Source of the DNA: Albugo candida
Lineage: Eukaryota
Direction: 5' to 3'
DNA length: 64,000 bases
Assembly: GCA_040437565.1 (NCBI GenBank)
Contig: JBDOQK010000029.1
Span: forward strand, 310,001-374,000
In this document: in pieces, positions 60,401-64,000 of the stretch
Layout: the number at the start of each line of letters is the position of its first letter
Numbering within the stretch: the first letter of the stretch is position 1
Translations under genes and position numbers: made by a program
The notes under the pieces: model-generated
Seen by the model: the letters and a program-made list of their open reading frames with translations, nothing else
What the model was told of the DNA's origin: nothing
Database searches by the model: none

Positions 60401-60653
60401 CTTTCGAGCTGTCGCATTACTAAACAAACAGAAGCGCTTATGGACGGATCCTTTTGAATTAAAAACCAATTTGAAGAATGAATGCGAACATAGTGGAAGG
60501 AGTAATTCGAGAAACGAAAGGCTACAAAAAAAGCAAAAGGCAGCACATCGCGCTCACCTTTTCGCTGAAACACGTCGAGCGAAACGCGAATTGGGTGCAG
60601 TCCAATGCATTCAGCGTGTATACCGCAAGCACCGCAAATTTCTACCTCAATGA
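54459..60653 (+). CDS. Large hypothetical protein (2064 aa) with degenerate alpha/beta-hydrolase region, coiled coils and C-terminal IQ-like motif
   Basis: Uninterrupted 6.2-kb ORF. LIGVGSGAAV, LVIVHGEKNSVVPP and GHKALEE resemble a hydrolase fold. IQRVYRKHRK at the C-terminus. Confidence 0.75.
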   Translation: MTSSVDSQIIIHKLTQYIRFKSDSETSIKDVFHDIQRDHSTELESADFNFFLQKTGIIKCPHTDLLASSLHAEAQELISKQSMKLEHCMSVISGRQSSTITMSEFCSFFARQLRSKTSSSAYDKPQHPRTLIDSPTISRASMRRKRKPTSIAPLESLNTLAEIEANKISGPKHSPRESSLLSQTDFAHSNPLSEAKFPWRVFHIDSSTTLPYAILHSDDILRRDNDTLQFLNDFETTPLDRQKYEYRFTICIDIWQTIESIRSFLAPLLSRFPGGKILICGFPTQRDSSLYAATEDVLASWYAKLLIHLMDTSREWLVQPKDGTGRVNQYLIGVGSGAAVVIALLTKVSVKEFTSLRVFVGALSAAMVVNWSFGTSECKVASTIAIQKRSEEPTHLHTLHFSSWPHFLPLVIVHGEKNSVVPPKEVHHFIRKVKYKESQLDACISNAWRMSKLCDDSIRPPADLFLHISWLPCGHKALEECPNEMYDLFVKLIHLDKEQTFQEGDTEHAAKHCFMETTDDEIEQDIVLEPRVVDLMQKNGIKWVQQELYNRGADGRGSTDKILLLYQRILRSEEDSRTSADANERIRSEKCFQRQANRAMRLEEVSMRIQMRKRVEVEKSRKQYQSDVNVMRAYVNERTMQQRLKKEREEMSIEDAVAARMRREWKIEDRHKASNALAVAQMREIQLDRHHKQMEVIQLEDEKKILGLQYAQRRIPLEAQFTYQKRLSQLGRLKPPDAPNTINCLPDIEALSLRAEALIEAFDQLQHAIKEHVTLKINVIERLNLTHTNTPKISKTKKTVEMHSYLSQVQAHEKEVSLIDLVLRKINIAICETKHAADTMTNLLKQGLKVCDFSITNVKSDCRNVENERHILSLQKDSTYAKIEMLEDEYWRCVRCDANFFDSVTRSHGSCQRFGRRALLKQLESDIELEKGVLADLNMTMETQWRQIMEKEKRRETWRDKRTLLEECLDKTEKRLRCPHLPGTVMGAKEGMPGRHGGSLAEQIRCKPHAHRNLEERQWLALDYKLYPVYYRSCMDAPSLELIQNHENYSFKSFGFTFTVQELRRIASLPSLPNLATAFLKCPKELHAHYLLYKFTHEDGEVSNSEAERFIKASSSSRPIYHIARSLDMLERILKETTEQPNTLRYAAGHRVIYTKYVTKMTLLKCTNTQLQPRQIATHSFDLSSQDSGNAALDLTVTILFHGHFAKNAYENGRIVAMLQVIPGGEGRKSDEGKERADEPMSIGKCSSKDITLSTVDTMGKLIIRYDPITKPLYDAYGTIYQVVVGAPLLITYSVEIEISEAPYADKALVLEQEAFHSFQRQTPLLNEAIEKLLVSVMLLQCKEKYSRKLLAISEKEVFAAEMAVLNEQNADEIADARVSRLKAAQLEVSFIKACFLYIKREEQLKDIDDLMRNEIRRLAKLQFQRKALEGAIHEYQLYLPSVATFLNGKEVTGLDCDHHAESDTVKYAHGTETGTKIMRRKYERAQERLTEKLDRDRDASLTGQTLQTENLKAQIYQNLKPELLKLLEQQLRHCKEDPTFDPFDWKSITEVNAVSLVLDDGSNEIDSRCRKVYCEMQRCKEFEGLGFIDSKVFNDLPHRFPVDVLGIELQKELDQLIESQLRRHENEWLQVFVRSEEQNGKSLRGTTQSAVSSKMAPNTDTKDHSMRLDEETRPQGDEKPRATKKRLERNDRTTQLGFVPFNDKDSDCLACRNAPCQWKGYKSDLKAHMSRRIQILVDERNRISPFEKTFTVSSRVCISAIKQYYRRDNIANLSEKPTASMRQCDLLIELQSEIKVLEQHLLLHEIDSEFHASFQPLRDEVTGKSSNYFVTRALHGFPQAQEQKTAQKALAREHSALVASFITQEVLDDILQDMLDGWIFGEYMHPSALGVSSLNAQSPFSLLDIQYSTARNDNDPPKISENGMRVSSPEALEEYVPKEWDAVHRREQLKLVQPGSRREKSLIEIEQNLKFGLFYLVFMRFRAVALLNKQKRLWTDPFELKTNLKNECEHSGRSNSRNERLQKKQKAAHRAHLFAETRRAKRELGAVQCIQRVYRKHRKFLPQ

Positions 60654-60731
60654 AGTTCACTAACACGCACACTACACGACAATTTGTATGGACGCGAAGT
60701 ACAGCACATCGCATAATAGTAGCCGCTGCCT

Positions 60732-61069
60732 ATGAGTCACGGACATCGCGTTGGATCAACCAGCTACGTGTGGGGTTATGTGCTCGTTCTGGCAGCTGCG
60801 AGCTTCTTCATCATCAGCATGTAGGTGAAAATCTCTGTTCCCACTCTGTACTGCGTGTCTAATCTCCTCCATACAGGTACCTGATGATATTTTCCAAATT
60901 ATTTTGGTGGTGGGACAGTAGTGCTACAATGCCCGCGATACAGTCGCCTCTCATCCAAGCAATTGAGCGCGATATATATTACTGTTATCTCCTACCGCTC
61001 ACAATCCCTATAACAATTATTGCGTGTTATGCGAACTGGGTGGGACTCAAATTCTTTCGCCATAATTAG
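60732..61069 (+). CDS. PIGY: PIG-Y/Eri1-like GPI-GlcNAc transferase subunit, 2 exons
   Basis: C-terminal DIYYCYLLPLTIP...NWVGLKFFRHN. Upstream hydrophobic exon 60732-60820 is joined in frame by intron 60821-60876. Confidence 0.8.
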
Positions 61070-61098
61070 CAAATCGTAAACTAACGTCTGCATACTAA

Positions 61099-62658
61099 CT
61101 AATCGATACGCGGTATCTCACCGCTGGTCCACTCCACCGACGCTGTCGACCAACGGGTTCGAATCACATCATCAAGCGTGCTTTCTCCTGGTTTTCCGCT
61201 ATGGACCATACTCTGATGCTTCAAAGGCACAGCCTTACCGATGAAATCTTGCATATCATTGAATTTCACGGTGCATTCACAAAGTCCTGTGGAATTGGAG
61301 CGTAAAGTGGTTTTCCACCCATTGTAGTGGTACAATTGAACGATTGTCTCAATCTCATTTGGCGCAGAGTCTGCGGCTGGAGTAACTGGGAAGGATTCCT
61401 CGGTAGCGCCATTGACCCCAGCGTCGAACTGCGCCTGTAACTCGCGAGCAAGCTGCGAATCGGAGCGATTTCGAGGTTCTGATGATGAGCACGTGGCATC
61501 CAAAGCCTTGTTGAAGTCGCCAGTATGCAAAAGAATGGAAATCACTTTCCAAAATTCATCCCACACAATGATTCCAGAACCCGCCAATTCCAATCGATTT
61601 TGAAGACGAGACATTGCGACCAAGTCTTTGCGAATTGTTTCCTGGATATGTAGTTTTTCCACAATATTTGGTAATTTGGTCACTTCCACAAAACCACTTT
61701 CCATAGCATCAAATTCCTGAAAAGTACGACGAACGCGTTCGAATAGAGTTTGTGACTCGGAAGCATTACAAATGGATTCATCCAGGCCAAAGAGAATGGT
61801 GAAGTGAGAAGAGCTTCCCACGACCCAAACGGGATACTGAGGGCATTTGTAAAAACTACCGACTTCACAATACCGCAGAGCCTCTAATTGTGTCAAGTAC
61901 CCGATTCTAGCTTTTTCCGATACTCCACGTAATGACATACCTGAATCTCCAAGCGGGATGGACCCATCAAATACATTGGAAGTCGCTTTCCCGGTCAGTA
62001 GCAAGTTCACCAATTCTTGCGTACAGTGTCCATACGCTCCGGTCAATGTGCTTTGTGAATCATCCATCTCGTTTCGTATCTGATCGATCCCCTTTGTCAG
62101 AATGACGCTGTAAATGAAATGCACAACACCTCGAGCAGCTGTGAATGTTTGAATATGTGATAAAAGCACATTTTGTACGTCTTTTGCGGGGAAGGAAATC
62201 ACACTGATTGTATTCTCTTCACATCGACTTGGAACCGCTATTTGTATCATTGTAGCGGGTGAGCTGTCCCCGCTGCACCGTTCTAAAATGGAAGCCAATG
62301 CGCACACTAAAAGCTTTTGACGGCTTTCAGAGGAAATTGGAGAGCTCAGTGAAACAAGCGCTTCTTCTTGTGAGCCTCTACCGCTGTCTTTTTGCTGTAA
62401 GAAGAGGAAATGGCACAGGATCTCAGCTTGTACAACTGCCAAGACACCGCACGGCCCTCCATGAGTCTGTAGCAATCCTAATGAGAAGGATATATCGTTC
62501 TGTGCGTCCGCTTCCGCTGCTTCTTTTGTGTAGACGAGTCCTTGTTGATACCACCTTGCATAATCTTCATTTTGAGCTTCAGCATTGACTTCATTCGGCC
62601 ACAATAAGCGATCAAGTTGAGCCAACATCGCACGAGATAAAGCCGCTTCCGATTCCAT
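61099..62658 (-). CDS. MINDY3: MINDY3/4-family (FAM188, DUF4205) deubiquitinase with EF-hand-like insert
   Basis: Catalytic LLQTHGGPCGVLA, QELVNLLLTG.A.SNVFDG and PVWVVGSSSHFTILF. EF-hand-like FQEFDAMESGFV. Ubiquitin-binding-like SDSQLARELQAQFD. Confidence 0.88.
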   Translation of the reverse strand: MESEAALSRAMLAQLDRLLWPNEVNAEAQNEDYARWYQQGLVYTKEAAEADAQNDISFSLGLLQTHGGPCGVLAVVQAEILCHFLFLQQKDSGRGSQEEALVSLSSPISSESRQKLLVCALASILERCSGDSSPATMIQIAVPSRCEENTISVISFPAKDVQNVLLSHIQTFTAARGVVHFIYSVILTKGIDQIRNEMDDSQSTLTGAYGHCTQELVNLLLTGKATSNVFDGSIPLGDSGMSLRGVSEKARIGYLTQLEALRYCEVGSFYKCPQYPVWVVGSSSHFTILFGLDESICNASESQTLFERVRRTFQEFDAMESGFVEVTKLPNIVEKLHIQETIRKDLVAMSRLQNRLELAGSGIIVWDEFWKVISILLHTGDFNKALDATCSSSEPRNRSDSQLARELQAQFDAGVNGATEESFPVTPAADSAPNEIETIVQLYHYNGWKTTLRSNSTGLCECTVKFNDMQDFIGKAVPLKHQSMVHSGKPGESTLDDVIRTRWSTASVEWTSGEIPRID

Positions 62659-62731
62659 TTTTAACTATTTCATTCGCTAAAATAATTTATTTTCAACCAA
62701 TCGGTATCTCCCAATTCTGTATCTGGAAGAA

Positions 62732-64000
62732 ATGGACACGGAAGATTATGAAGATGGTGAGATTTTGGAAGAAAATCAAGCGCCTGAATCGCATTCTCAT
62801 ACCGTAAAAAAGGAACTATCGGTATCCTCATCCTTACCGCCGACGATTTCAAGTGTCTCCGCAACCAACAAGACCCCACATCGCCAACAAATCGCAAGAC
62901 GAAACTGGCATCCCAAGGCTCCCCACACCCAACCATTTAACGATGCTGCGTTGATGCATTCCAGAAAACGACCACATCCCGTGCATAAGAATGCTGAAAA
63001 TCACGTCAAAGAAGCGGTAAAACTGCCTCTGGATGACGCATACTGCCAGGAAATGATTCTTCGATGTCCACGTCAAGTGATTTCCAGCCGTGTTCTTCTC
63101 GACTTTGCCTACTGGATGCAGTGGGGAAGCGTCAGAAATCGTATTCGCCGTCTTCTTATTCACGAAATCCAAGAAATGATACTGTCAGCGTTACAAGAGT
63201 CAGACGCTACCTCTGCACTCAGTCCTTGCCTCGCATCTCCTTGCAATCCATGGTTTTCTCGACCCAAGAAAGTCTGTATCATTCTCCTTTCCAATTTACA
63301 TCCAGCGATTCTCCAGAAATATCTCGCTTCGTTACAGTATTTTGGGCAAAGCACAAGTCTCCCGTGTAATTTTGTCAAATCGGCGCATCTTCAACATGGA
63401 GAAAATGTTCTCCCGGAAATGTTATTCAAGTATCCGAAGCCCTCGGTGGATACAGCGTACGTGAAGTGTATGACTGCAGTAGACCCGTCGACTGATTCTT
63501 TTGTATTTATGATTTGATAGAAATCTCTCATCTGACGAGCTTTTTCACGGTCATGAACTCACATTCCTCATTCAGCATTCTTTCGGGTGGAATGACGAGC
63601 TCATTCTACAGCCAGCGGGAACTTTTTTCCAACGTAATCAACCACAGGGAGGAAGATGGGAATTAGATGGCGATTTACTTCATTTAAAGTGGCGATCTCA
63701 AATTCCGAAACTGAAAGTGGGAGACGAAGCAGAAAAAGAGCTCGTTAAAAAGCCTGAGGGGGATTCCTTCATTCTCGATGTTCTCGTGTGTGAAGACGCG
63801 ACCATGCACTACTTTAGTACCGATGCAGTCACAGACCAGACGTACGCACAAACTATCCCGCATCATTTACAGGTCAAACGGCGACGTCAAGGAAGCACTG
63901 ATGCTCCACGTAGTATTCGCCTTTCCCTCGTCAAAGCTGTCAAATCGGATTGCTCCAATGGTCACATTGAAAGCTCTCACAGCTCAAGAAAAGAATCGTT
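62732..64000 (+). CDS. Hypothetical protein, 5' part (continues beyond the window)
   Basis: Exon 62732-63456, intron 63457-63520, then the frame stays open to the window end. Weak resemblance to N-termini of REXO1/REXO5-type exonucleases, but no catalytic motif lies in the window. Confidence 0.65.

Overview
Compact eukaryotic scaffold from an oomycete. The evidence is a PH-domain cellulose synthase, ~45-65 nt GT-AG introns, INR/FPR-like promoter motifs and a retained flagellar gene; Albugo-like white rust is an inference, not proven. About 22 protein genes are present: PH-FYVE-PI4K, SAP-INCENP, SDHAF4, ABCG, Gemin6-like, CesA, AP-4 mu, mS35, membrane-anchored GH5, a six-exon RAP1/TERF2IP homologue, an RNase III-less Dicer-type helicase, RSPH9, DHX15, TBC-WW-rhodanese, ACAD9/VLCAD, RasGAP-START, a 2064-aa orphan, PIG-Y, MINDY3 and others. 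The window has eight 100-N gaps, five of them with duplicated flanks (assembly artefacts). The 38.5-48.7 kb region is a decayed tandem segmental duplication containing a chimeric ACAD/coiled-coil junction, a 163-bp solo LTR and two paralogues of a candidate secreted protein. The most notable signals are: a RAP1 gene with two telomere-repeat (AAACCCTAA) boxes just before its start codon; a stand-alone Dicer helicase-DUF283 protein; and a MetAP1-like zinc finger inserted in the CesA catalytic loop, with a membrane-anchored GH5 gene nearby. All family calls come from motif recognition by eye; no searches were run.
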